Source: Candidatus Parcubacteria bacterium
GTDB lineage: Bacteria > Patescibacteriota > Patescibacteriia > Patescibacteriales > UBA12075
NCBI GenBank assembly: GCA_963814275.1
Contig: CAWFCE010000001.1
Span: 323,307 to 387,306 of the forward strand
Reading direction: 5' to 3'
Length of the DNA: 64,000 nucleotides
The first letter of the stretch is position 1. Each line of letters begins with the position of its first letter. Shown in pieces: positions 26,646-36,805 of this stretch. Below the pieces are notes generated by a model, which had not been told where the DNA came from, did no database searches, and saw only the letters and a list, made by a program, of their open reading frames with translations. The translations under genes were made by a program, and so were the position numbers.

Positions 26646-27189
26646 TGTGTTCGGGCAGATATCTGCTGTCGGCGGCAGGAGGGGTTGTGGCGCCAGGCAA
26701 AGGAACCAGCCGTCTTAACGCAGATACGGAATGATTAGTATAGCTGCTTGGTATTAATGCAGTAAAATATATGAGAATTATTAGTTTCTATTAAGAATTA
26801 TATACCTATTTATCGATAAATAACAAATTCGGAATTTTATTCGCAAGATAATCCCAATAATTAAAATAATAAATGATTTTTCGACTGGATTTTCATTAGT
26901 ATTCCATCTTTTTTGTTTTTTTTGGATAACTGTTGTATTTTTTATTTATTAATATTACGACAGATCTGCCCTTAGTACAAAGATTTGGTCAGACAAGCTT
27001 GGATCTGAGGGAATTGATTATTTGACAACCGGCCTTTGATATTTGTTACTATTTCGCTATAATATCGTTAATATAAACAAGGATGTGAAGCGCCCGGTTA
27101 TTGGTTCGGACAATCTGACATTACATGCTGTTAAAATAATAGTTCGATAAAATCGATTAAATGAATAATTCTAAATATTAAATGAATTT

Positions 27190-28356
27190 ATGAAAAAACA
27201 ATTAATAGTGGTTATTGTCGTTTTTGTGGTTGTTATTGGGGCGGTCATCGCATTGCGCCTCTTAACCCCGGAAGATGCCTGGGTTTGCGAGAACGGGGAG
27301 TGGGTGAGGCACGGTAACCCGTCAGCAGACATGCCGGAAAGCGGTTGCGGTGAAGCGGCCCCGGCAGACAGCAGCAATCAAACTATCGCCGAGTCTTGCG
27401 CGGACAGCGGCGGCACCTGGCTTGAGGAATACCAGGAATGCGAAAATGCCAGCGCCGATTGGTGCCAGGAAGAAAGCGGCGGACAGTTCGAGGAATGCGC
27501 GTCCGCCTGCCGCCATGACCCGGAAGCGGAGATGTGCACCCTGCAATGCGTGCCGGTCTGCGGTTTTGCGACTTCTACCGAATCGGCGGCAAAGGGAGTG
27601 GAAAACGCGACTTATACTCTTGATGGCCAGTCGATCACTCTGCACGACGGCCAGGCAATCGAACAAAGCGCTCCCGGTGCGGCCGCAAAAGTGACAACCA
27701 TTCTTTTCGGGGAGCCTGTTACCGGCGATATGGACGGCGACGGCGTTGATGACGCCGGCGTGATACTGGTGCGCAGCGGCGGAGGCAGCGGAACATTCTA
27801 TTATGCCGCCGCGGCGATCTACCGGGGCGGCGCTTACCAGGGGACGAACGCGATCCTCCTGGGTGACCGGATCGCTCCCCAGTCAAGCGATATCAAACGT
27901 TATATCTATACCGTTAATTACGCCGAACGCGAGTCGGGTGATGCGATGACTGTCGCGCCATCCGTCGGCGTGAGTAAATATCTGTCGTATGACGGTGAAA
28001 AGCTGGTTGAAGCGGACCGGAATGATGATTTGATCCGCATATTTACCCCGCATCCGGGCGAGACGATATCATCGCCATTATCCATTACCGGCGAAGCCCG
28101 GGGAAATTGGTACTTCGAGGCCAGCTTCCCGGTTTCGCTGGTAGATTGGGACGGACGGATCATCGCCGAAGGGGTGGCTAGCGCCCAGGGCGATTGGATG
28201 ACCGAGGATTATGTACCCTTTACGGCCGAACTCGATTTCACGGCGGATACGACCGTAAGCGACCGCGGCGCATTGATTCTCAAGAAGGATAATCCTTCCG
28301 GTTTGCCGGAGAACGATAATTCACTGGAAGTGACGGTTTATTTCAGCAAGCAATAG
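27190..28356 (+). CDS. secreted protein with Cys-rich N-terminal region and C-terminal Gmad2 Ig-like domain
   Basis: TM/signal anchor; DGDGVDD; the C-terminal P..GE.ISSPL.ITGEARGNWYFEASFPV.LVD pattern is typical of Gmad2. Confidence 0.65.
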   Translation: MKKQLIVVIVVFVVVIGAVIALRLLTPEDAWVCENGEWVRHGNPSADMPESGCGEAAPADSSNQTIAESCADSGGTWLEEYQECENASADWCQEESGGQFEECASACRHDPEAEMCTLQCVPVCGFATSTESAAKGVENATYTLDGQSITLHDGQAIEQSAPGAAAKVTTILFGEPVTGDMDGDGVDDAGVILVRSGGGSGTFYYAAAAIYRGGAYQGTNAILLGDRIAPQSSDIKRYIYTVNYAERESGDAMTVAPSVGVSKYLSYDGEKLVEADRNDDLIRIFTPHPGETISSPLSITGEARGNWYFEASFPVSLVDWDGRIIAEGVASAQGDWMTEDYVPFTAELDFTADTTVSDRGALILKKDNPSGLPENDNSLEVTVYFSKQ

Positions 28357-28417
28357 GCGGGTAGGTTGGTAGGTTTTGTTTCGGCAGTTATAAAATCGAA
28401 ATAATTTTGTTTTAAAA

Positions 28418-28446
28418 AGAACGGACGATTGGCGTCCGTTCTTTTG
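28418..28446 (+). terminator. intrinsic terminator
   Basis: agaacggacg/cgtccgttct stem followed by a T run. Confidence 0.7.
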
Positions 28447-28623
28447 TGTTAACATTTAGCTGCGGAAAATAGTCAATTTAATTGTATATTAGAAAAAAAT
28501 TCAATAGAACAAGGCATTGTTTTGTTCCGGCCGGTATTTTGTTTGATTGACAAAATGCGATTGTTATAGTAATTTGATACATCACACAAAAACACAAACC
28601 GCAAAAAATAAGGAGGAATCGAA

Positions 28624-29610
28624 ATGTCGCGATCATTTAAAATTTTTATCAGTTTGGTTATTGGCGTTTTGATCGCTGTCGGGGCTAATCCGGCACGGGC
28701 CAATAATGGCACTACGTTTGCAATCATGGGGTTTTACCAAAAGGTCGCCGTCAATGATGCGGCGGTAATAATCCATCGTATTTCCAGTCCAGCAAAATTA
28801 AACGAAATGTGCCGTCCCAAAGATTTTGATTTTGAGGGGTGCGCCTATCTGGAAAAAAACACAATATATATCCCGGGATGGACCGGAGATGTCGACAGTT
28901 ATCTGGTATTGTCCTTGGAGCTGGGCCACCTTTCTTCATCCGGAAAAAATACCGCAAGTTATTTCCAATCCGGCGGGACGAAAATCCCCAAGATCGCCAG
29001 ATATTTAAAAGGACGATTGGAAAACGATATCGCCGACAGGATCGAAGTGCTGGCAGCGGTATATAATTTTTCCTGGGCGATCGAAGAAGCCAAATCAACC
29101 CTGTTCGCCGTTGCGGCGATCGAGTCAGTAGCCGAAAAATTTCCTGAAATTTCCCGGTATATGCTGGCCGATCTGTCCCGACGAAATGAATTGTATGAAG
29201 AACGGGGGGAATATCCGGGAAACGGCGAGCATTTTGAGGGAAGGTTATGGGCCCTGATTCTGCTTGACATGTACAATTATGACGCCCTGAAAGCCTATAA
29301 GGTAGTTAGGGATAGCGACCTCGTTGAATTGTGGCAGCTACTTGGCGCGCAAATCAATTGCATTCTTGGTCCCGGGGAAGTTCATGACCCGGACGTGATC
29401 AGCGCCGTACCGGCCCGCATCTATCGGCATGCTTGGGAGCACTATGGGCTGAATTGGCAAGCTGTATTCAACCAGGAGTTTTTCTATCTTTGCCGGCGGG
29501 CGATCGAGCCGCTTCTTGAGCACGCTACGGTTAGCCGGAATGTGCTGGAGCAGGCGCAAAAAGACCTGGTTGAAATCACCAAGCCATTGGCCTCTCTCCA
29601 AAACAATTGA
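28624..29610 (+). CDS. secreted hypothetical protein (328 aa)
   Basis: AAGGAGG RBS; signal peptide ending in ARA|NN. Confidence 0.55.
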   Translation: MSRSFKIFISLVIGVLIAVGANPARANNGTTFAIMGFYQKVAVNDAAVIIHRISSPAKLNEMCRPKDFDFEGCAYLEKNTIYIPGWTGDVDSYLVLSLELGHLSSSGKNTASYFQSGGTKIPKIARYLKGRLENDIADRIEVLAAVYNFSWAIEEAKSTLFAVAAIESVAEKFPEISRYMLADLSRRNELYEERGEYPGNGEHFEGRLWALILLDMYNYDALKAYKVVRDSDLVELWQLLGAQINCILGPGEVHDPDVISAVPARIYRHAWEHYGLNWQAVFNQEFFYLCRRAIEPLLEHATVSRNVLEQAQKDLVEITKPLASLQNN

Positions 29611-29644
29611 CGGCAGGTATTAATTGTCGAAAACAGATATCCAT

Positions 29645-29682
29645 AAAAATGGGTCTGGGCAGAACACCCAGACCCATAAAAT
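29645..29682. terminator. bidirectional hairpin between convergent genes
   Basis: gggtctggg/cccagaccc stem flanked by an A run and a T-rich tail. Confidence 0.6.
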
Positions 29683-29701
29683 TATTTGGATACCTGTTTT
29701 T

Positions 29702-30409
29702 TTATTTTAAATAGGGAATAATATCGATCCAATCTTTGAGCTGGGCTTCGGTCGGGACGTATCCCAGGTAATTAACTTCCTGGCCGCGGTGGATGCCGAG
29801 ATGGAGATGCTTGCGCTCACCGTCGGTTTCGGCGCTGTAGCCCTGGCCCAGAATGGACAATTGGTCGCCCGCCGAAATATCAGAGTTTACGGCCGCCGCA
29901 ATACTTTTTAATTTGAGGTGTCCATAGAGTACGGTAATGTCCTCGTTATTGAGCTTGCAGCGCTGAACCGCCACGCCGCCGTAGCCGTTTACCGTGCCCC
30001 GGTAGATTAGCGGACCATCGCAAACCGCGAAAACCGGAATATCGGCATCGGCTTCATCCGGCGTAGTTTCGAAATCGACGCCAGTGTGGTAGCCGGAGAA
30101 CCGCTCCGGGCTGACCGGCGAATTATCGGGCGACACTTTGATGCCGAAAGGTTTCTTGGTGACTCTCGCCAGGGCATCGGCGATTGGCGCGGTAAATTCC
30201 GGCTGGGGTTGGCCGGGTGACGCTGCGGGAGCGGGTTCCGGCTGGCTGACGGGAGGAGCCGCTACCACAGGGGTTGAAGACCCAGATGGGTAATTTTGGC
30301 TGATGGCTGGCAGGGCAGGATTGTTGCAAGCGGACAGGATGCTTGTAAAAAAAACGGCAACTGCCGCCAAAGTTAATACAGATTTTAGCCAGTGTGAATA
30401 GCCATTCAT
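29702..30409 (-). CDS. M23 family metallopeptidase
   Basis: HTGVDF (HxxxD) and HLHLGIH (HxH) motifs; N-terminal anchor; Pro-rich linker. Confidence 0.85.
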   Translation of the reverse strand: MNGYSHWLKSVLTLAAVAVFFTSILSACNNPALPAISQNYPSGSSTPVVAAPPVSQPEPAPAASPGQPQPEFTAPIADALARVTKKPFGIKVSPDNSPVSPERFSGYHTGVDFETTPDEADADIPVFAVCDGPLIYRGTVNGYGGVAVQRCKLNNEDITVLYGHLKLKSIAAAVNSDISAGDQLSILGQGYSAETDGERKHLHLGIHRGQEVNYLGYVPTEAQLKDWIDIIPYLK

Positions 30410-30706
30410 ATTATTTCCAATATTTATACATATTAGCTTATTCTATTTAACCATAAGACCGGCATTTTGCAAGTTTTTAGACTTTACATTTGTGTAAATT
30501 ATGCAATTGTTCGTTTATTTTAAATTAACCGTAATTTAATATTATTATGAAATAATTATCATACAAAACAACAGATCTTTTAATTACCGATACGCTCGGG
30601 AGAGCCCAGACGCGCGGCCGGCAACGGCAGCGCTTTTGCGCTCTCCCAGGCGAAGGGGACGGCGAAGACGGGTATATTGCCCGTTTAAACAATTAACTGA
30701 AAAAAT

Positions 30707-31117
30707 ATGAAAAAGTTAATGTATACGGTTGCCGGCCTCACCCTGGTGGCGGTAATGGCATTTCCGGCCATTACATTCGCGGATACCGGTAACACATCGA
30801 CGAATAATTCCGGCATACTCGGAATGACGAATGGCAATAGTTTGGGGAATCTCTTTATTCTGGACCGGCTGTTCAACAACAACCGGGGCCTGTTCAACAA
30901 CAACCGGACCAATCTCGGCGATCTCTTCATTTTGGACCAATTGTCGGGCAATACCAAATTGCTTGGCAATAATAACACCAATCTGGGGGATATGTTCGTC
31001 CTAGACCGGCTGTTTAACAACAACAGCGGACTCCACATCCTGAATAACGGCAATAATCTGGGTGATCTCTTCGTATTGGATCAGCTGTTCAACGGCTCCA
31101 ACCTCCTATCAAAGTGA
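30707..31117 (+). CDS. small secreted Asn-rich repeat protein
   Basis: Signal peptide, then five copies of an N(L/I)G(N/D)(L/M)F(I/V)LD(R/Q)L(F/S) unit separated by N-rich linkers. Confidence 0.55.
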   Translation: MKKLMYTVAGLTLVAVMAFPAITFADTGNTSTNNSGILGMTNGNSLGNLFILDRLFNNNRGLFNNNRTNLGDLFILDQLSGNTKLLGNNNTNLGDMFVLDRLFNNNSGLHILNNGNNLGDLFVLDQLFNGSNLLSK

Positions 31118-31146
31118 CATGCGGATATGTTTGACCTATAGTAACC

Positions 31147-31186
31147 AGCCAAAACACAGCTAATAAGGCTGTGTTTTTGGCTTTAT
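31147..31186 (+). terminator. intrinsic terminator
   Basis: agccaaaacacagc/gctgtgtttttggct stem. Confidence 0.7.
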
Positions 31187-31332
31187 AATTTTCAATTACA
31201 ATAGCTATGGATAATTTTAATGAAAAATTAATATTATAATAACCATATTCGCAATTTTTAATATTATTTAAATATTAACGGAGTAATATATTATCGTGGG
31301 ATAGTAAAATAATAGGGGGGAGGTGAAATCAT

Positions 31333-31689
31333 ATGAACGAAAAAAATCAAATTCAAACCGCCAGTGGAATCAATATCGCGGCTGGAGTGTGGATGCTATT
31401 TTCACCTTTTATTCTGGGTTTCGCGGCGATTAGCGCTGCAGTAATGAATAACGCGATTTTGGGAATAGTGATTGCCGTAATGGCATTAATCAGAGTCACA
31501 AATCCGCAAAAAACGAACGGCTTAAGCATCATAAATGCAATACTCGGGCTTTGGCTGATTATATCACCGTTCGCCTTCGGTTTTACCAGCGCGGTAATTG
31601 TTTGGAACAATGTCATTCTCGGCATAATCGTAACAGCTATGGCAGTCTGGAGCGCCAGTACCAGTAAGCAAACAAGCCACGCCGTATAA
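31333..31689 (+). CDS. small four-TM membrane protein (SPW-repeat-like)
   Basis: GGGGGAGG RBS; duplicated W.L.SPF..GF motif. Confidence 0.55.
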   Translation: MNEKNQIQTASGINIAAGVWMLFSPFILGFAAISAAVMNNAILGIVIAVMALIRVTNPQKTNGLSIINAILGLWLIISPFAFGFTSAVIVWNNVILGIIVTAMAVWSASTSKQTSHAV

Positions 31690-31824
31690 GTTACGGCAGA
31701 CGGTTGCTGGATAAACCGCCCCGGCAGAGATCGGGACGGTTTTCGGCTGCGCCCGGATGATGCCGAAAATAGCAATAATTAAATTTCTCGGGTATGGGTT
31801 CATTTTTCTCCCTGGTTTGCTATA

Positions 31825-32961
31825 ATGATAAACATGGCAAAAAATAAAGGAAAAATTCGCGTAAGTTTGTTGATTTGTGTTTTATTGGCGGGGGTATTAT
31901 CTCCGGTATATAATGCGCTGGGCGAGGAAGAAATCGCGAAAGACATATTTTTCCGGGCCGAAGTGGTAAAGATCCTGGAAAATAAAGAAACGGTTTTGCC
32001 CGACGGCGTTCCGGCCACCCAGCAGCGGCTGCTGTTGCGCGGCCTGGAAGAACCTTACAAGGGGCAAGAAATCGAATTCAACGGCATCGGCAATTATGAT
32101 GTGATCAACAAGCAGTTATACCGGGAAGGGGATACGGTATTGGTGGTCGCGAGCCGTGATAGCGAGGGGGAGACATATTTTTATATATCCGACTACGTAC
32201 GGACCAACGGACTGTGGATTCTGTTTATTGTCTTTTGCCTGACTCTGATCCTGGTCGGCCGGTTTAAGGGGCTTCGTTCGTTAGTGACCCTGGTCTTGAG
32301 CTTCGTCGTCATAATCGGCTACATCATACCCCAGATACTCGATGACGCCGATCCGATAATCGTTACGGTTATCGGATCATCGGTAATACTTCTGATTATT
32401 ATCTACCTGACCGAAGGCTGGCGGACCATTTCCCATTTGTCGATTTTGAGTATATTTATCAGCCTGGTAATTACCATATTCGTCTCCTGGTTCTTCACCG
32501 GACTGGCGCGGTTGACCGGTGTAACCGGGGAGGAAGTGTCGTTCCTGGTCGATATCGGCCCGCAGACCATAGATTTCCGCGGTTTGCTTCTGGCCGGCAT
32601 CATTATCGGCGCCCTGGGCGTACTGGACGATGTCGTGATCTCGCAGATCGCTACCGTGGAGCAGCTTTCCGAGGCTAATCCATCTTACACTTTCCGCGAG
32701 CTGTTCAAGCGGTCGTACCACGTCGGTATTTCCCATATCGCTTCCATGACCAACACCTTGTTCCTGGCTTATGCCGGCGTTTCACTGCCGATCCTGATTC
32801 TGTTCACCTCCGGGCAAAGCGCCTTCCAGAACTGGATGCAGGCGATCAATAACGAATCGATCGCCACCGAGATCGTCCGTACGCTCGCGGGCAGTATCGG
32901 GCTTATTCTGGCGGTGCCGATCGCGACGTTGCTGGCGGCCTGGAAGTACGGTAGGAAATAA
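31825..32961 (+). CDS. YibE/F family membrane protein
   Basis: N-terminal extracytoplasmic domain followed by polytopic region with GALGVLDDVVISQ motif; family assignment from memory. Confidence 0.7.
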   Translation: MINMAKNKGKIRVSLLICVLLAGVLSPVYNALGEEEIAKDIFFRAEVVKILENKETVLPDGVPATQQRLLLRGLEEPYKGQEIEFNGIGNYDVINKQLYREGDTVLVVASRDSEGETYFYISDYVRTNGLWILFIVFCLTLILVGRFKGLRSLVTLVLSFVVIIGYIIPQILDDADPIIVTVIGSSVILLIIIYLTEGWRTISHLSILSIFISLVITIFVSWFFTGLARLTGVTGEEVSFLVDIGPQTIDFRGLLLAGIIIGALGVLDDVVISQIATVEQLSEANPSYTFRELFKRSYHVGISHIASMTNTLFLAYAGVSLPILILFTSGQSAFQNWMQAINNESIATEIVRTLAGSIGLILAVPIATLLAAWKYGRK

Positions 32962-33036
32962 ATCAATCGATAGGAAAGTTATTTGTTTCCGATATGTTTA
33001 TATGATAAAATCTGCTTATTATTTAATATTATAATT

Positions 33037-33858
33037 ATGAAAACCATTAAATTGAAATCCGGTGCCTTGATGCCGGCACTTGGGCAGGGGACCTGGACGA
33101 TGACGGGCGATGAAGCCACCTGGGCGATCGAAGCGGCCATCCGGATCGGCTTCCGGCATATCGATACAGCCGACCGCTACGGCAACCACCGCGAGGTCGG
33201 CCAGGCGATCAGGGACAGTGGTGTTAAGCGGGAAGAAATTTTCCTCACGAGCAAAATATGGCACGAAGACCTGGCCCCGGCCGATTTGCGGCGCGCGGCT
33301 GAGCGCTTTTTGGCAGAACTCGGTACGGATTATCTGGATTTGCTGCTGATCCATTGGCCCAATCGCGATATTCCGGTAGGCGATTCTCTCCGGGAACTGG
33401 GCAGACTAAAAGAAGAGGGGCTGGCCCGCGACTTTGGTGTTTCCAATTTCACGGTTTCCCACCTGAAGAAAGCCCTCGCGACCGGAGCGGAGATTGCGGT
33501 CAACCAGGTGGAATTCCATCCGTCGCTTAACCAAAAAGAGCTCAAAGATTACTGTGATAAGCAGGGTATAATAGTCACGGCCTATTCGCCCTTGGCCCAA
33601 GGCCGCGATTTCGGCCTGCCCGTAATAGCGGAATTGGCCGGAAAATACGGCCGCACCCCTGCCCAGATAATCCTTAACTGGTTGACCGGTAAAGGGATGG
33701 CCGTCGTTCATGGTTCGCGGAATGAGGCCCATATTAAAGAAAACCTGGCCAGCCAGGATTTTACGCTTACTCCCGAAGACCGGGCGCGCATCGAATCAGC
33801 CTCGAGCGAGTCCGTTCGCGTGGTTGATCCGCCATTCGCAGAATTCGACCAAAAATAA
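33037..33858 (+). CDS. aldo/keto reductase (2,5-diketo-D-gluconate reductase-like)
   Basis: MPALGQGTW, IDTADRYGNHREVG, LLLIHWP and NQVEFHP motifs; ATG at 33037 chosen over the upstream TTG. Confidence 0.85.
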   Translation: MKTIKLKSGALMPALGQGTWTMTGDEATWAIEAAIRIGFRHIDTADRYGNHREVGQAIRDSGVKREEIFLTSKIWHEDLAPADLRRAAERFLAELGTDYLDLLLIHWPNRDIPVGDSLRELGRLKEEGLARDFGVSNFTVSHLKKALATGAEIAVNQVEFHPSLNQKELKDYCDKQGIIVTAYSPLAQGRDFGLPVIAELAGKYGRTPAQIILNWLTGKGMAVVHGSRNEAHIKENLASQDFTLTPEDRARIESASSESVRVVDPPFAEFDQK

Positions 33859-33946
33859 ATAGCACCCTTTACAAATTAGCCTTTTTATACTATAATTTAT
33901 TCCGAGGACATTATCATAATTTTTGTAATTTAACGGCTCAAAACTT

Positions 33947-34639
33947 ATGTCCGGAATAATTAAAATCACCAACCGCAAAACTGTGGCCAATAAAAAGGCC
34001 CTGAAAAGGATTCAGGAGATAATGCGCGCGCAGTTTCCCGGCCTGGACGAAAAGACGATCAGCAACCTGCCCTATACCGTATTCGGCGGGCCGAAGATGG
34101 GGTTCAATTATAGCTTATATGCAGCCGCGGATGACCTTTCGGATATCCGCGGTTTTATGATGTATTCGTATTTTCCCCGTTATAGCTTTTATTTTCTGGA
34201 CCATATAGCGGCCGCCCCCGGACAAACCGGGCGGGGGATCGGCGGCATGCTCTATTCCCATTTGCGGACAGAAGCCAAAGCGGCGGACGCGGTCGGGGTT
34301 TTTTATGAATGTTTAAGCGATGACCCCGGCGAGGAGAAGGACAAGACAAGACTCGAACAAAATAAAGCCCGGTTGCGGTTCTATGAGCGCTTCGGTGCCC
34401 GTCCGCTGGCCGGCAATTTGTTCCACGAACGCGTCAAACCGGAGAATAATTCCGCCTTACTGGTCTATGACCCGCTGGACCAGCCGCCGCTCTTGACGCG
34501 TGATGCCGCCCGCAAAATAGTGCGCAAGATCATACTTAAGAAATATTCCGACTTTTGTCCGCCGGACTATATCAAACGGATAACCTTGTCTTTTAAGGAT
34601 AATCCGGTACAGATGAGGGAGACAAGATATAAATTGTAG
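33947..34639 (+). CDS. GNAT-like N-acetyltransferase
   Basis: Q.GRGIGG.L acetyl-CoA loop and FYERFG. Confidence 0.55.
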   Translation: MSGIIKITNRKTVANKKALKRIQEIMRAQFPGLDEKTISNLPYTVFGGPKMGFNYSLYAAADDLSDIRGFMMYSYFPRYSFYFLDHIAAAPGQTGRGIGGMLYSHLRTEAKAADAVGVFYECLSDDPGEEKDKTRLEQNKARLRFYERFGARPLAGNLFHERVKPENNSALLVYDPLDQPPLLTRDAARKIVRKIILKKYSDFCPPDYIKRITLSFKDNPVQMRETRYKL

Positions 34640-34664
34640 ATTATCCAATTTTCAATTCTACATA

Positions 34665-34687
34665 AATATCCCGGTGGGATATTTTTT
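34665..34687 (+). terminator. intrinsic terminator
   Basis: aatatccc/gggatatt stem followed by T6. Confidence 0.65.
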
Positions 34688-34751
34688 AATTTAAAGTTAA
34701 TTAATAATTTATATAATATAAATATGAAATTAACAAATATTTTTAAAAAAT

Positions 34752-35225
34752 ATGGAAGAAGATAAATCAAAATCGAACGGTGGAATGATCATCGGCGTAA
34801 TTATTGCAATAGTTGTTATCGCGGGCGTGGTATATTATTTCCAAAGCCGTCCGCAGGCGCCGCAAGCAATGGCGCCTGGCGCAGCGACGCCGGTTGCGGG
34901 CGGCAATGGTACAGATTATACTCCGAGCGATACGATGAGCACGACAACGGAAGTAAAAACTTTCGACTTAATCGCACGGAATTATTCCTTTACCCCCAAT
35001 GAGATCAGGGTAAAGACGGGCGACAAAGTAAAGATTAACTTGACGAGTGAACAGGGTTTCCATGATTGGACGATAGATGAGTTCAAAGCCGCCACCAGCC
35101 GGATAAATACGGGTGAAACCGCGAGCGTGGAATTCACGGCGGACCGGCCGGGCACTTTCGAATTCTATTGCAGCGTGGGCAACCACCGCCAACTGGGCAT
35201 GGTGGGGAATTTGATCGTGGAATAG
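34752..35225 (+). CDS. membrane-anchored cupredoxin (type-1 copper) domain protein
   Basis: N-terminal TM span; ligand pattern H(DW)...C-x4-H-x4-M in FYCSVGNHRQLGM. Confidence 0.75.
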   Translation: MEEDKSKSNGGMIIGVIIAIVVIAGVVYYFQSRPQAPQAMAPGAATPVAGGNGTDYTPSDTMSTTTEVKTFDLIARNYSFTPNEIRVKTGDKVKINLTSEQGFHDWTIDEFKAATSRINTGETASVEFTADRPGTFEFYCSVGNHRQLGMVGNLIVE

Positions 35226-35400
35226 CATGGGAGTTATATGATATATTCCAAACCAAAGTATTTAGACTATAAAAAATATCCTTTGAGGATATTTTTTATT
35301 TGTTATAGCTGTTATTTAACCGAAATTTCCCGCGAAAACCCGGGCTGAAGCCCGGTAGAAAGCCGGAGCATTATTCTGACGGGCTTCAGTCCGGGTTCGG

Positions 35401-36762
35401 ATGGGTGCCGTGTATTCGGTTTTTAACGATATGCGTTTAAAATATTCAAAATCGATTTTAATTGCAGTGGTTTTATTAAACCTGCTGGTCATTCTTTATT
35501 TTTGGCGGCAGAATTCAGGCAGTTTGCTCAAGGGCAGTAATGCCGATATCCTGCTGGCTGCGGGCCGGGCCAGCGGCCTGATCCTCGTATTTCTGATCCT
35601 ATCCCAGCTTTTTCTGATGGGCCGGGCCAGGCCCCTGGAAAGGGTTTGGGGGCTGGACAGACTTTCGCGCATCCACCATTGGAACGGCGTGTTGGCCCTG
35701 GTTTTCCTGTTTGCGCACCCGATCTTGATCGCCAGCAGCCTGGCGCTTTATGAAAAAATCAATTTTTTCCGGTCATTATTGCTTTTCCTGCAGAATGACG
35801 ATGTTCTGGCCGCTTTTTTCGGGCTAGTGATCCTGCTTGCAGTTATTTTCGTATCGACAGCCGTGATTATTTTCCGCTGGCGTTATGAGTTTTTTTATTT
35901 TCTTCACCTCACCGTTTATCTGGCGATACTCCTGGTCTTCAGCCATCAGATGGAATTGGGCGGCGATTTTGGCGCCCAGCCCCTGTTCCGCGCTTATTGG
36001 ATATTATTGTATACGGCGGTAATCGGCCAGTTGCTGTTCTACCGCTTTGCCCGCCCGCTCTGGCTGTCCTGGCGCTACCGTTTCCGGGTGAAAGAAGTGA
36101 ACGCGGAATCGCCTGAGTCGGTATCGATCATAATCAGCGGCCGTGATACGGGATCATTCAGGTCAATTCCCGGACAATTCATGATCTATCGTTTTTTCGC
36201 GCCGCGGCTGTGGTGGCAGGCGCATCCTTTTACTATTTCCGGCCGGCCGGATGGTGATATCCGGCTGACCGTCAAGGCAGTGGGGGATTATACCCGGGAT
36301 ATCCAGAAGCTAAAACCCGGTACATCGGTTTTGCTTGAAGGGCCATACGGCGTTTTTACCGCCCGGGAGCCGCTGAAGGATAAATATTTGTTGATTGCCG
36401 GCGGCATCGGCATCACGCCGCTTTTTTCTTTGGCCGAATTTTTAACCGTTAAAAGGAAAGACGTGATATTGGTTTACGGCAATCGCACTAAGTCCGCGAT
36501 CGTGTTCAGGAGTGTCCTGGATCGGATGGCAAAACAGCGGGAAAATCTGCGCGTAAATTATATATTGAGCGAGGAAAAACGGCCGGGATACGCGAACGGA
36601 TACGTTGATTTGGATAAAATAACAAAATTCGCACCGGATTACCATGAACGGGAAATCTATCTCTGCGGCCCGGTGCCGATGATGAATAAATTGATTGCCG
36701 AATTGGGAAAGAACGGCGTGAAGAAAAAGAGATTGCATTATGAAAAATTTTCGTTAAATTGA
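35401..36762 (+). CDS. NOX/FRE-type flavocytochrome (ferric-reductase TM domain plus FAD/NAD(P)H-binding domain)
   Basis: Two TM His pairs (HHW-x13-H, H-x12-H), HPFTISG, GPYG, GGIGITP and CGP motifs; alternative start at 35431. Confidence 0.8.
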   Translation: MGAVYSVFNDMRLKYSKSILIAVVLLNLLVILYFWRQNSGSLLKGSNADILLAAGRASGLILVFLILSQLFLMGRARPLERVWGLDRLSRIHHWNGVLALVFLFAHPILIASSLALYEKINFFRSLLLFLQNDDVLAAFFGLVILLAVIFVSTAVIIFRWRYEFFYFLHLTVYLAILLVFSHQMELGGDFGAQPLFRAYWILLYTAVIGQLLFYRFARPLWLSWRYRFRVKEVNAESPESVSIIISGRDTGSFRSIPGQFMIYRFFAPRLWWQAHPFTISGRPDGDIRLTVKAVGDYTRDIQKLKPGTSVLLEGPYGVFTAREPLKDKYLLIAGGIGITPLFSLAEFLTVKRKDVILVYGNRTKSAIVFRSVLDRMAKQRENLRVNYILSEEKRPGYANGYVDLDKITKFAPDYHEREIYLCGPVPMMNKLIAELGKNGVKKKRLHYEKFSLN

Positions 36763-36805
36763 CATTTATCTTGACATTAAATATCGGTTTTGATAATATT
36801 CATAT

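Noticed and set aside
30592-30664. Glycine-riboswitch-like strings (CTCGGGAGAG ... CTCTCCCAGGCGAAGGGGACGG) upstream of the Asn-rich repeat protein
   Set aside because: The central CACCGAAGGGGCAA core and a P2 hairpin are missing. GGGAGAGC can simply pair with GCTCTCCC. The 3' part is a GGCGAAG word duplication like other spacer repeats. The downstream gene has no link to glycine metabolism.
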